From Octopus sinensis (Eukaryota), in the NCBI RefSeq assembly GCF_006345805.1, contig NC_043003.1, positions 5,580,001 through 5,644,000 of the forward strand: DNA of 64,000 nt, read 5' to 3'. Under the pieces are notes generated by a model. It saw only the letters and a list, made by a program, of their open reading frames with translations. It was not told the origin of the DNA and did not search any database. This document shows positions 1-13,057 of the stretch, one piece after another. Both the position numbers and the translations under genes were made by a program. Positions within the stretch are counted from its first letter, which is position 1. Each line of letters starts with the position of its first letter.

Positions 1-587
1 GTGTGTATATGTGTGTACGTATGTAATTTTCAGAGTATGTATTTTCTGTATGTATAATTACCAGTGCGTGTGTGTTGTGTGTGTGGTGGTGTGTGTGTGT
101 GTTTGTGTGCGTTTGTGTTATTTGTTTCATTGGTTTCATTTACTCAATGTTAATATCTGACAAATATATTTTGTTTTGTTTTGCTTTGTTTGTTGATTTT
201 TGTCTTTGCTGCAATCTAACCTTCGCTGCCAGTTTGTTTTGTTCTTGTATTTAACGAGAGATAATTATTTCTGATGTGAGCATGTTCCGAGGTAAAAAGC
301 CGGAGTTGACGTGTTGATGCATTGGCAGCGGCGATTAACGGAATGAATCAGATTAAAATACTCCGAGCAACATTTAAAAACTCGTTAAATATCTCTCCCC
401 CTCCCTCCCTCCCTCCCCCCATCCCTCATTTTCTACAGTTATAGATTTTAAATACTTTGAGATGAAAATGGTAGAAATCACTCAAACATATTTATTTGTG
501 TGTATATGCTTGTATTTGTGTGTGTGTGTGTGAGGAGACTTGCGTGCGTGGACGTGTGGGTGACTCGAAGAGGATAGGACCACCAAG

Positions 588-595
588 ATGGTAAG
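588..595 (+). other. Candidate start codon followed directly by a splice donor (possible first coding exon end)
   Basis: ACCACCAAG-ATG-GTAAG: Kozak-like context with ATG at 588-590 and a consensus GTAAG donor at 591-595, next to a relatively CpG-rich unique stretch (about 280-720). No downstream exon could be linked. Confidence 0.25.
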
Positions 596-2024
596 ATTCT
601 TTCGGAAGCACCTGAGTACCATATTCATAGACCTGAGTAGGTATAGTCCACGGAAACAGTCATTTCCAAAGTGATATTTTTTAAAGAAATAGCAAACTGA
701 AAATGTCGTTTGAACGGAGCTGAATATTTTCCCTAAAAGTTGTCAGTGGTTTTAAGTGAACCATCTACGCTAAGAAGCAGCATTTTTGTATGGATGGATC
801 TTAAGATACCCCTAATTAGGGGAAGATATATCATGCTCAGTCTTGCCCTCCCTTAAATGGCCAAATGCAAAAATCACCCCATATCATTTCATTTATTGGT
901 TTAATAAAATAAGGGGTTTCTATGATATTCTCTAATACTGGTAAGAGGACATGGCGTCTGGCAGCTCGTTAGGGGGTATTGAGAAGAGCTGCAATGTTAT
1001 GGGACTTCCGGAACGGGTGGAAGACAATGGAGAGTGCACAGCCATGAGTTGGGAGCTATGATTTAAAGTTATAGGCTGCCAGCTTTGGTTGACCAGCTCT
1101 GGGTAGATAACTCTGGATGGCACTTATGGATGGATTGTTATATCTAGACTGCTATGGGTGGATAGAAACGGCTAGATTCTTACTAGCTTTTTTTAAAAAA
1201 TAGTTAATCTATTGGTGGATGAATAGATTGGAAGAAGACAGACAGACAAGCAGATAGATTTACACATATATACACATACAAATAGATATATCTACTATAT
1301 ATATATATATATATATATGTTAAAAATAAGGTCGATATTTTGTAATAAGTTTAAGAGCAATAACAGAACATTTACCGAAAATATGTCGCTATACTGAAAG
1401 TAGAGTGAAATTGATCACGAAGATCAAATAAACTGAGATTTCAGTTAGTTTGAATAAACTGATAGAAGAACCTTCAACCCCAGGTAAATTGATCCTCGTA
1501 ATACATAACACACACACACAAACACACACAGGTATTCATACACGTCATCGTTAAACCATCGCCAAATCTATTAGATATTCATTTATATCAGTCCTTCCAA
1601 TTTTGGATGTCCTTCCAAAAGTTCTTCACACTGATGAGAATGAAAATGCATAAATTTAATTACTATGATTATAAAACTAATTACTATGATTATAATTTAT
1701 TTTTTACATATTTGTAATGTCCTTTGAAACGCGTGTATGTAATGAATCCAAATTTGTATTAAATCTAATTTTGATGTAACATATTTCTCTCTTCCGTTTT
1801 TAGGTAATTATTTAAGGTATATTTATACCTATAACGGTATTTTTCAACATTTATATCAGTATATATTTCGAAAGATTTATTGACAAGATATCTATATATT
1901 TATTGACGAATGCCTACAAATACAGGAAATGGCGACAGGAATTGGTTCCATCTTTAAGGAGGCCATTATTTTGCGTTAGTGAAGGGGAGTTACTTCATTT
2001 ATCTTTTATTTATTCCAGTTTTTT

Positions 2025-2259
2025 GTGTGCGGCCATGCTGAGGCACCGCCTTGAATTTTTGTCGAATCAACCTACCACAGTACTTATTTTTAAGCCTGGT
2101 ACTTATTCTGCCGGTCTATTTTGACTAACCGCTAGGATACGGGGACGTAAACACCTCAACAACGGTTGTAAAGTGGTGACGGGGGGGGGCAAACACAAGC
2201 ACAAAGATACACACAAATATATATATATACACACATATACAGATATATATATATATTAA

Positions 2260-2290
<31 letters not shown>

Positions 2291-2326
2291 ATATATATAT
2301 AATCTACGACGGGCTTCTTTCAATTC
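2025..2326 (-). mobile_element. SINE family B, 3' part with internal (CA)n(TA)n tract; head missing
   Basis: gcggccatgctg...ggggacgtaaacac...acaaacac, then microsatellite, then tacgacgggcttctttt. Same layout as fuller copies at 10860, 40480 and 57830. Confidence 0.6.
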
Positions 2327-2584
2327 TTGGGGAGATTCAGCGTGACACAGAGTGTGACAAGGCTGGCCCTTTCAAATATAGGTACAACAGAAACAGGAAT
2401 AAAAAGGGAAAGAAAGTTGTGGTGAAAGAGTACAGCAGAGTTCATTACCATCCCCTGCCGGAGCCTCGTGGAGCTTTAAGTGTTTTCGCTTAATAAACAC
2501 TCACAGTGCCTGGTCTGGGAATCGAAACTGCAATCCTAAGACCGCGAGTCTGCTGCCCTAACTACTGGGCCATTGCGCCTCCAC
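2327..2584 (-). mobile_element. tRNA-headed SINE family C, tail type 2 (3'-truncated)
   Basis: Minus strand head gtggaggcgcaatggcccagtagttagggcagc (A-box) and tttcgattccc (B-box-like). Body matches 43157-43537. Confidence 0.75.
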
Positions 2585-2643
2585 ACATACACACACACAC
2601 ACACACAACACACACACATATATATATATATATTAAATATATA

Positions 2644-2682
<39 letters not shown>

Positions 2683-2710
2683 TATAAATATATAAATATA
2701 TATATATATA

Positions 2711-2951
2711 GATCGCCATGTTGATTCGCTAGCCTCTGCACGCATATTTTTTCTCTCCTTCTTTCTGTGTTTTTTCTCTGTGTATCTTTCTGTTGAAGAG
2801 CGTAGGCTCGAAACGTTAAAGACTTGTTTTATTTATATTTCCTGAGCGCCATACTAATACAATTGTTTGTTTGTATTCCACCTGCCTTCGTCTTTTGTTT
2901 ATTTCCGTAAACCTGCCTTCGTCTTTTGTCTAATTTCATAAAGCTTCCCGT
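2711..2951 (+). mobile_element. Short hammerhead-bearing element, family H1 (copy a), flanked by (TA)n
   Basis: Homologous to the copies at 15468, 17887 and 60600 (opposite strand). Internal duplication of cctgccttcgtcttttg. Confidence 0.7.
2785..2822 (+). ncRNA. Minimal type I hammerhead ribozyme-like motif (H1a)
   Basis: TCTTT-CTGTTGA-A-GAGC-GTAG-GCTC-GAAA-CGT-T-AAAGA: 5-bp stem I, 4-bp stem II, palindromic ACGT stem III, GUU site. Core has T in place of A6. Confidence 0.5.
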
Positions 2952-2989
2952 TATATATATATATATATATATAAAACCTTTACTATTCT

Positions 2990-3178
2990 AGCCACAAGGC
3001 CCGAAATTTTTGGGGCTAGTCGATTATATCGACCCAGTACGCAACTGGTACTTAATTTATCAACCCCGAAAGGATGAATAGCGAAATCGACCTCGGCGGA
3101 ATTTGAATACCGAACGTAAAGACGAACGAAATACCTCCATGCATTTTGCCCGGCGTGTTAACGAACCTGCCCGCTCGC
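2990..3178 (-). mobile_element. tRNA-headed SINE family A
   Basis: Plus strand shows ...cgaccc...gtcgac-like/ctcggcggaatttgaa...gttaacgaacctgcccgctcgcc, the reverse of the ggcggcgagctggcagaa head with B-box gttcaaattcc. Confidence 0.75.
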
Positions 3179-3252
3179 CGAGAGGACAGATTTTCGTAGT
3201 CGCACTTATATAAACTTTTCAAATTTTTAAATTATTTTAATCGACTTTATTG

Positions 3253-3338
3253 TACCACTGATGAGAGAAATGCAAATATTTGTATCGGCTGGAAAATTCG
3301 CTCAATAGAAATGCATTCTCCGAAAAGATCGTAAGGTA
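3253..3338 (+). ncRNA. Type I hammerhead-like motif with long stem II (H4)
   Basis: TACCA-CTGATGA-GAGAAATGCA-(loop)-TGCATTCTC-C-GAAA-AGATCGT-A-AGGTA. Intact core, 9-bp stem II with one bulge, near-palindromic stem III, GUA site, 4/5 stem I pairs. Confidence 0.45.
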
Positions 3339-3609
3339 TTTTTACTTCTGCTTTTCTTTGGATTGTAATAATGGAGCACTTAAAACCTAACATACCGATG
3401 AATTTTTTATACACTTTGTATTCCCACGATAAAGGAATTTGACCTACGAAAATCTATAATCCACTTTGATTTTTGTTATAATTTGCTCACATGGAGCACT
3501 AATTAAGTGCGCTGCAGCAAAGGTCTTCCTTTTTTTGTTTTCTTATTATTATTATACACACACAACACACACACACACAAACATATATATATATATATAT
3601 ATATATACA

Positions 3610-3770
3610 TAAGATAGGCTTTATTCATTTTTCGTTTACCAAAGACATTCACCAGGCTTTGGTCAGCATAAGGCTATAGTAGGAAACACACAAGATGCCA
3701 TGCTGGTGGACTGAACGCAGGACCGTGTGTTTGGCGCGCAAACGTGTCACCACACAGCCACTCCTGCGTG
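3610..3770 (-). mobile_element. SINE family B, head portion (degraded)
   Basis: ...ggctttggtcagcataaggctatagtagg...ggactgaacgc...caccacacagcc, matching the family B head. Confidence 0.6.
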
Positions 3771-3799
3771 TAATATTGACAGGATATGAATAAGCAAAG

Positions 3800-4016
3800 C
3801 TATAATCGTTTGTATGATAGCCACAAAGCCTGAAATTATTGTAGAGAGGTGTTAGTCGAATATTTCAAACCCAAAGCTTCACTCAATTTACTGAGCCACA
3901 AAAAGATGAAAAGCAGAGTCGGCCTTGGCGGGATTTGAACTAAGAACGTAGTGATGGGCGGGATGCCGCTAAGCATTTTGTCCAGCGTGCTAACGATTCT
4001 GCCAGCTCACCACCTT
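3800..4016 (-). mobile_element. SINE family A (degraded)
   Basis: gtcggccttggcgggatttgaactaagaacgta...gtgctaacgattctgccagctcaccacc. Confidence 0.7.
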
Positions 4017-4530
4017 ATTAAACACCGTAATAATGGCTGATATCATTCTAAGATTCCAACAGCGTCCATGTTACCTCTATCGAAGATTCTTCTCCATTTT
4101 GCCATTCGCCAATGCCTTGTCTGGAACGTCATCCAGTAAATATAAAGAACAGCAAGTTGGAACATTTCACACGTCACCAATTCTTGACTAACGTCAGTCC
4201 TACAGAGAGGTTTCTCGCACGAAATATTTACACTTTCTCGGAGTCGACTGTCAAACATTTCTCTCTCTCTCTGTCTTTCTACTTCCCTCCCTCCCATCTA
4301 TCTATCTGGTTGAGTATCTCTTATCTTCTCCTTCTCCTTTTGTATATACTTACATAAATGTATGCAAGTATAAGCATGCACGTGTTTGGGCAGACAAATA
4401 TATAGATATGTATGTATATATATATACACACACACACATATATATATATATATGCGTGTACGTGTATATATGTATATACATATATGGATATATATATGTA
4501 CGTGTGTATATATGTGCGTGTGTGTGAGTG

Positions 4531-4574
<44 letters not shown>

Positions 4575-5560
4575 AATACATACGTATGCATACATATATA
4601 CATACATACACACATATATGTACGCGCGCGCGTCTGTGAGCCAATTTAGACAAACAAGTATATGCATGTATTTAAACGTAGTATCTATCTATCTTTCTGT
4701 CAATCTATCTCTTTATGCAATATACACATACGTGTGTCTGCGTACAAATATACTTGCATACATACATACCTAATATATATATATATATATATATTATTAT
4801 ATATATATATATATATATAAATATATATATATAATATACACACACACAAACACATGTGCATGAGTGTGCATGTGTGTTTATGTGTCCGTGATTGCTTAAG
4901 CCTATGTCATTACATTCTTACAGTTTCCTTGACGTTCGTCTCAGTAGATTTAATAAGATATCATCGTGTACAGTTTGCGGTAAGTTTTCACAACCAATGA
5001 ACATAGGACAAAAGTCGCCACAGCAGCAGATCTCGGTCGGCTCTGAAGCCGCGAGTTCGAAACCTGCCAGAGTTGCCTGTGTATTTCCCCTTCAAATTTA
5101 CACATCATATAAATAGCATACGGTGTAATTCAATCATCAATAAAACTTTCTCGAATATTATTGAAGTTTGTTCAATATAAATTTCTTACTTTAAGATCTC
5201 ATGTATCACACACACACACACACACACATACACACACACACACACACACATACACACACGCACACACAAGCATGTGTGTATAAATTTTCTTCCAGTATGA
5301 ACTAGTGAATTTGATGCCATGGTGCGACATCTTGCGTAATTTCTTTCATAGCTTCGAATATGCCTTGTGAGTGGAATTTAACCAACAGAAATTTACAGAA
5401 TACGTGGCGGAAACTGATTTACGATATTTCTTCCAGCACTTTACGTTCTAAGTTCAAATCGCACAGTGCTCAAATCTAAATTTTATCCCTCCAGGGTCGA
5501 TAAATTTAAATATTATTCAAGTACCGGGATCGATGTAATGGTTTAAACCCCCTAAAATAA

Positions 5561-5859
5561 GTTGTTCCTTCTCGAGCCACGTCTGGCTCATAGGGCAGGT
5601 TTTCCGGTTTCCTTGGCGTATAGGTTCCACACCTTGACGGTACGCCGGCCCGACGTAGGTGAGCTGCAAGATGCAGGAGGAAAGAGTGAGAGAAAGTTGT
5701 GGTGAAAGAGTCAGCAGAAATTCGCCATTACCTTCTGCCGGAGCCGCGTGGAGCTTAGGTGATTCACTCATAACCACACCCATCGCCCGGTCTGAGATTC
5801 GAACCCGCTATCCCTGACCGCGAGTCCGCTGCTCTAACCACTAGGCCATGTGCCTCTAC
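5561..5859 (-). mobile_element. SINE family C, tail type 3
   Basis: tRNA-like head (tggcctagtggttagagcagcggactcgcgg, ggttcgaatctc on minus). Body matches 14870-15178. cccctaaa flanks both sides (possible TSD). Confidence 0.8.
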
Positions 5860-6028
5860 CCCTAAATTGGTGGTATTACACCAGAATATTTCAACTGGAA
5901 TTCGCAAATATTTAAGAATAATCAAAAGATTTCAAGGCAAAACCGTCGTCTTTGAAATAGAAATGAAATCGGTGAAGAGAAGAATTCCACACGAAATGGA
6001 TATGGCAAATACATATCATTGTATACAT

Positions 6029-6065
<37 letters not shown>

Positions 6066-6589
6066 AACACACACACACACGCACACACACACACACGCAC
6101 ATACATACACATTCTGCCTCATCTTATGATGAAGACGTAATTCCACACCTGTAATATCTCATAGATAATTGGTATAGTGTCTGGTAGAATCCATATGCGT
6201 GCGCGCGGGCGTGTGTGTGTGTGTGTGAGAGAGTGTGTGTGAGTGTATGTGTGACTTTTACCATTGCTATAGAACGAACATGTTTTGCAACGAGTTACAC
6301 ACATTTCCTTGTTCTTATAAATGGATGGAAACAGTGACTTGCGACGAGAAATAAATAAATATATTTCCAGAGAAATTCTAAAGGGACCTGGAATGGTGAA
6401 AACCGCAAGCTGTAGATATTGGCAGCCATAATTAATGGACTTAACAGGAATATAGTATAAACGTTTGTCGATAGTGAATAGGGGACAATTGATGAAATAA
6501 TGGTAAAGTATTCTGTTGAAATAGGGAACCATAATTCAAAATATCGCCAAACTGGAACTAGAAAAATCTCAAGAATTCCATAAATTGCC

Positions 6590-6940
6590 AAGTAGCTTCT
6601 GTGACATAGTCTGTGATGAATCAGGTTAAATTCAGTAAAGCAGATCTAGAAATGATTAAGTGATTCCATAGAGAGTTTCTTCTGTTCAGTAAAGAAACAA
6701 GAATTGACAGTTTATTCCTGAAAATGGATAATGGAAGCAGAAATGTCAACAGAATGAAAGATGAATATAAAAAAATATAAAAGGGAAAAGAAATTTTGTA
6801 AAAAAAAGTGTATGTCGAAAGGATTGAAAAGAAAAGCTGTGAATGGATAACTGAGAACAGCATGAAAGAACGAGATCAAGGAAAGAATAATGGTCCATGA
6901 CTAAAGGAAACAGAAGATGCCATGATCTGTGTGGTGGCGG
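6590..6940 (+). mobile_element. Highly degraded R4/Dong-type non-LTR remnant
   Basis: Frame reading LKETEDAMICV resembles the LK.ETE..I.AAQ motif seen more clearly at 18700 and 52900. Confidence 0.3.
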
Positions 6941-7099
6941 TGGGAGGTTGAGGGTGGGGTAAGGTGAAATTTGATAATGGAGAGATTAGAATAAATTGGG
7001 AAAGAATGATTGTTACATGGAATGAAATTTGTGGAAATTAAAAAGTAAAATAACGTAAAACTTCTAAAAGATCTCTAAAAAATTTAAGGTAAAGAAGTA

Positions 7100-7107
7100 T
7101 GATGATG

Positions 7108-7168
<61 letters not shown>

Positions 7169-7180
7169 TAATAATAATTA
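7100..7180. repeat. (ATA)n microsatellite
   Basis: Direct inspection. Confidence 0.95.
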
Positions 7181-9029
7181 ATGAAGTATTGTGTAAGAGC
7201 TTTCAAATGTGTTGGATGAAGAGGTTACAAAAAGGTTTTTCAGGAAACCGTCTTTCCGCCATGTGCATGCAAGAAGAAATGGAAGAAATTAAGAAGCGTT
7301 GATGTGATAGCAGGGGATGCAAGGAAAATTAGATTGAGATCTTCATTTTACGTGTGACTATAAAATATTAGCTGACAATGATCAGATTGAAGTATATTTT
7401 AATATTCAGATTTGTTAAAAGGCAACGCTCTATAGCATGGGCATTGTATCGCACCCAACCGTGAAGACTATGTTGGCAACTGATGGACCTCCTCATTTGT
7501 ACAAACCATCAACGCCAGTCGTGAACTAATGTATTACACAATATCAGACAAGGTGGCCGCGTGCTCTGTTGATCTTTCAGCGAAATTTTCATCGAAGTTC
7601 ATTTCTGGATAAGACTGACCAGCATGTTTCTTTTAGCCAAATGCTGCACATGTACGATGAGAATAAAATCTCTAGTATTTTAACTAAATCTTTGCCCCAG
7701 TGGTATATTCTAGCCAACGTGGATTTGCCTCGCTGGACGACGTGTAATAAATCTATCAAATTATTTTGGTTTAAGCGTATTCCTATTGACACATCCCTCC
7801 TATATTTGTCTGTTTATACCAAGATGTTCCTCTCATATCTCGGGTCAGGCAACTTCCCCACAAAATCATATTCTGTCAAAGAGTTCTTCTTTAAGTTTGT
7901 AGTTCTCTGGATTATAGTCGTTCAACTCTGACTTGGGACATATTGAGAGCAAGAAACTTCTTTGAAGGAAAATCCCCGCCAGTCAAAAACTATGAGAATG
8001 AAGAAAAACAAAGGAACATAGCAACGCAAGAAAGAAACTTCAAGATATTGCAATAGAGAAATAACTACCAAAAGACATATCCCAAGAATTCATTCTAGAG
8101 ACCGAACCACATGGAAACAACTCAAAGAACACCTGTTGGATCAAAACTAAACAACAACAATATTTCTCAACCAAAAGTGGCTGAGACTATAGGATCAGCT
8201 GACGTGCTAGTTAAAACAGCTAAATCACCCTAAAATCATTTCCTGTCTTAAAAAAGGAAAGGAAATTGTAGGTCGTCATGGTTACAATATGTTATTGTAT
8301 TGAAGATCTTTTATGACGAAGGAGAAAAACGCAGGATATTTGTCGATAGAATGCTGATCAAGTCTGACCTTGGGCTAAACAATAAGATGAAAAATAAAAG
8401 AACAACAACAAAAAGAAAAACAACGACACGAGCAACAACAAAAGATGATTCATTGAAGGTGAAGAGACCTAGAAATGTAAGAGAGTTTTTAATACAAATA
8501 TATTGTAATATATTCGTAAAGAGAAAGACAAACAAACATATTTGATAAAGAGAGAAATATCGAAATATTTCTAAGAATGTCTTGAAATGAATGTTTAAAG
8601 ATGATTCTTCTAAATTAAATGAAAGATGGCAAAATGGAAGATTCTATGAAGAAATGATTTACTGCGATTCTTGTGTGATGTTTCGGGAAATGACGATCAC
8701 ACTTCACTGGAGAACATATTCGAAATAAAGGCAAAGAAAGAAAGAAATCTCCAAGAGAATTCTAACGCAAAGATTTATGCAGCCATGACATCAATTTAAT
8801 CAGTTGAATCTATGTTCTGTATATATATATACATACACACACACACTCACATACACGCACACAAACACTTATATATACATAAATACATATAAACACAAAC
8901 AGACATACACATACACACAAGTACACATATACACCAGCACATACCCTCAGATATTTATGTATTCTTGTACGTGCATGCACCATATCTCTCCCCTGTCCCA
9001 TTTCTCTCACTTATTTTACTTTCACACAC

Positions 9030-9064
<35 letters not shown>

Positions 9065-9163
9065 AAGTTAGAGAAATGTATCCATATATACATATGTATC
9101 TTTGTATGTATATATATATATATATATATATTATACACACACGTAGACTTACCTATCATGCAT

Positions 9164-9196
<33 letters not shown>

Positions 9197-9409
9197 TATA
9201 TATATATGTTTTGTGTGTGTGTGTGTGTGTTGTGTGTGTGTGTGTGTGTGTATGCTGGGTATGAAGTACAGATGTGTATTTTCTGTATAATATATTCGTG
9301 AACAAACATAAATACAAGTATGAGTTCATGGACAGTGTAAATTTCTGTTGTAGATATATGTAATTATTATCTCTATTAGCATAAATAGACAGACACATCA
9401 CAAACAACA

Positions 9410-9444
9410 GGTTATGGTATATATGTATATATATTATATATATG

Positions 9445-9495
<51 letters not shown>

Positions 9496-9854
9496 TATAC
9501 ATATATATATATACAAATATATATATACATATTATATATATGTATATATATATATACAAATATATATATACATATTATATATATGTATATATATATATAT
9601 ACAAATATATATATACATATTATATATATGTATATATATATATACAAATATATATATATATATACAAATATATATATTATATAATATACAAAATATATAT
9701 ATATATATACAAATATATATATATATATATATATACACACAAACATATATATACATACATATATACAAACATATATATACATATATATATACACTACATA
9801 TATACATATATATATACATACATATATATACATATACAAAATATATATACATAT

Positions 9855-9900
<46 letters not shown>

Positions 9901-9922
9901 ATATATATAACAATATATATAC

Positions 9923-9960
<38 letters not shown>

Positions 9961-10043
9961 ATACATATATATATATACAAATATATTACATATATATATA
10001 TATACAAAATATATATACAAAATATATACATATATATATACAA

Positions 10044-10075
<32 letters not shown>

Positions 10076-10146
10076 TTATGTATATATATGTACATACAGA
10101 GAGAGAAAAAAAAGAACGGTAGAGAAAGGAAGGAGACATAGATAGT

Positions 10147-10186
<40 letters not shown>

Positions 10187-10195
10187 CAGAGAGAG
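9410..10195. repeat. Long compound (TA)n/(TACA) microsatellite with a ~45-bp higher-order unit, followed by (TAGA)n/(GA)n
   Basis: tatatatacaaatatatatatacatattatatatgt repeated about 3-4 times at 9505-9670. Source of the spurious 187-243 aa Ile/Tyr ORFs. Confidence 0.9.
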
Positions 10196-10859
10196 AGAGA
10201 GAGTATGTGTGTGGTTAGTGTTTGGCTAGAGTATTATTCCAATACACTGTTATATCAATAAACCCAGATATAGCGATGCCAAAAATATTCTTCTTAAATT
10301 CTGTATTTATAATATACACACACCAAACTACTATATATTCTTTTACGAACCTAGACTCACACATATACACAAAGCTGGGTGTATATAGAATTATTTATAA
10401 ATGTTTATCTTCCTTTTCATATTATTATGACACTCTGAATTCTTTCATGGAATATCGATCGTTATCTTTTGACAAATTATTTCTCGATAAATTAAAGAAG
10501 TATAAAGCCATCGCCGCTTCGATCTTCGTAAACAGCTGAGTCGATTAAAGGGAGGGGAGCAACGGTGGTAGCAACCGGTTATGTTCTTCTGGTTGTTTAG
10601 ATCCAGATCAGAACTAACTGAATAAAACTATGATCAAAGACAGTCCAAGCATGACCATCAAGTTGAAGCATCTGTGTAACAATGATAGTCTGGAAGAGCT
10701 AGTTTTCTATTTCTGTAAGTGTAATATTGTACAATATAATATGTATCACGCATATTGGCGCTGATATGTAAAGTAGTTTATCATATTACATGATGAAGGC
10801 AACGAAACGGCCGTAATCCTACGGATATCAACTGGTTAGATAAATATATTCACCTCGTG

Positions 10860-11011
10860 TACCTCCTGTATTATTTGTTTTTCTCTTTTTGGTAAGCGTG
10901 GTACTTCTTGTCGAAGCACTAAGTTACAGGGACGTAAACACACTAAACAGCGGCTGTCAACCGATGGTAAGGGACAGACGGAGGCACAAAGACTGACAGA
11001 CAGGCAGACAG

Positions 11012-11047
<36 letters not shown>

Positions 11048-11220
11048 GCGCGCATATGAAGGGCTTTCATTTTCCGTCGACCAAATCTATTCACAAGTGT
11101 TTGGTCGGCCCGAGGCTGCAGTAGAATACATCTTCACAAGGTGCCACGCAGTGGGACTGAACCCGGAACCATGTAGTTAAGACGCAAACTTGTTTCCACA
11201 CTGTCACACTGGCGCCCATA
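10860..11220 (-). mobile_element. SINE family B, near full length
   Basis: Tail (gttacagggacgtaaacacac...), internal (CA)n, then tttccgtcgaccaaatc...cccgaggctgcagtagaa...gggactgaacccggaaccatg; B-box ggttcagtccc on minus. Confidence 0.75.
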
Positions 11221-12491
11221 ATCATGCAGTAGAAATGCTTTTGTTTCCACGGGTATTTGTTGAACATGAAGCTGCTTCTGGTGTCTTTGCATAGTTGCAG
11301 CAGCACAGATAGAAGCACAAGTCGCACGAGGTATTCCCCTCCGCCCTTTAAAGACCCTCAACATAAATGGTAACTATACTTTTCTTTAGAACACATCAAC
11401 TTTCGGCTCTATACAAGAGGAACATCAACAACGTCGATCCCAGTCGTCTCAGAGATGCTTTGGACAGCACAGGCACGAGTACGTCCTCCAGACCAAAGCA
11501 TTGAAAGGAAAGACCTGACTAAAATTTCGTCTGTTGGTCTTATCATTTTTACTCTTCCGCTTTAATAAAATATTGCCAGAAAAAAACAGATATCTCCTAT
11601 TAATTTATGTTAATATGTAGAATATGAGATATTGTTATAATAATAACAACAATATTATAGCTGGGGAATTAATGCTGCACATGCCATCGTCTATGACAAA
11701 TGAGACAATGGCAACAATTATATGATGTATTATTATCATTGAAACGACGTTAATATTCAGACTTCGTCATGACCTGGATATCAGCCATTTGAGAAGATGT
11801 CCACCGCAATTGCCATAATATATTATTTAGCTGTCAATATATCGATAAAAATACAGAATACAGACGTCGTTAATATGACGACTCTGACCATCTTTAAATA
11901 TCATTTGTTGCTGATATAAATACCTTCTTGAAGTCACTGTATACAACCTCTGTAAGGGTGCTCCTTTGACCAGCTGAAAATAGCAGCCAAAGTCTCGTAA
12001 TTCTACACAAATATTTTGAATCATCAAAGAAATTTGGATAACATAGTTTCCAATGTAGAAACGAAAGAAATCTTTTACAAGAAAAATATCAGTGAAACAA
12101 TCATATTTAACACATTCGTGTACATTTGATCGTGGATGATGGATAGACAAGTAGCTATCTAAATAATGTCGGGAGAAAATACACGTCACAAATATTATGG
12201 AGTGAAACATACTGCGCTACGGATGGCGTCATCGGGTGGTAGGATGCGTAGGTTTTTGCGTCATTTAAGTTTGCCACCAAAAGCAAATCAGTTATTTACA
12301 TCCCTATAAGAACGGTTGTCCATATATATATATATATATATATATACATAATTAATAATGCAAGGGTAAATAATTATTAATTTCAAAATCAACAATTATT
12401 TCCGGGTAGATTTCGGTATGGAAATATAACCATTATCGGTGGGAAGCTTTTAAAAAGTTCTCTCTTCTCTCTCTCTCTCTATCTATATATA

Positions 12492-12538
<47 letters not shown>

Positions 12539-12577
12539 TATTATATAATATATATATATATATATGTATATAAATAA

Positions 12578-12863
<286 letters not shown>

Positions 12864-13021
12864 ACAGCCTATATGTAACGCCAGTTCATTTGCTGATGTA
12901 CCCAAAGCTTGTTCCAGCCGGAATTGTTGACACAGCTATTGTTTTTATGTAACGAAACTCTGTTCTCTTCTATACATCTTGATCGATTGGTAAACACTCT
13001 GTGCTAAGAAATGCAACAATA

Positions 13022-13057
<36 letters not shown>

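Noticed and set aside
1627-1660. CTGATGA followed by GAAA and ATGCAT
   Set aside because: No real stem II and stem III out of register; at best a remnant resembling the 5' half of H4.
4924-4979. Plus-strand 56-nt exon-like unit (ttcttacag|...GCG|gtaagt)
   Set aside because: Good splice sites, but it cannot be joined in frame to the ATG at 588 or to other candidates and has no recognisable peptide.
5024-5068. tRNA-like 3' half (cggct/agccg hairpin plus GTTCGAAAC)
   Set aside because: No D-arm or acceptor stem; likely a SINE-head remnant or chance. No intact tRNA gene is supported anywhere, since the A/B boxes found all belong to SINE heads.
7430-7931. Long near-open plus frame and a minus-strand GKSTLAR P-loop-like string
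   Set aside because: No Walker B or other family motif, and the upstream P-loop glycines are missing; could be unrecognised transposon debris.
10370-10540. GVYRII resembling a GIY-YIG start
   Set aside because: The second YIG motif and conserved R/E/N residues were not found.
12395-12445. Minus-strand CCGATAA-TGGT...ACC-GAAA hammerhead-like string in a (TA)n-flanked element
   Set aside because: Two core mismatches and no convincing stems I and III; may be a decayed fifth family but is not supportable from one copy.
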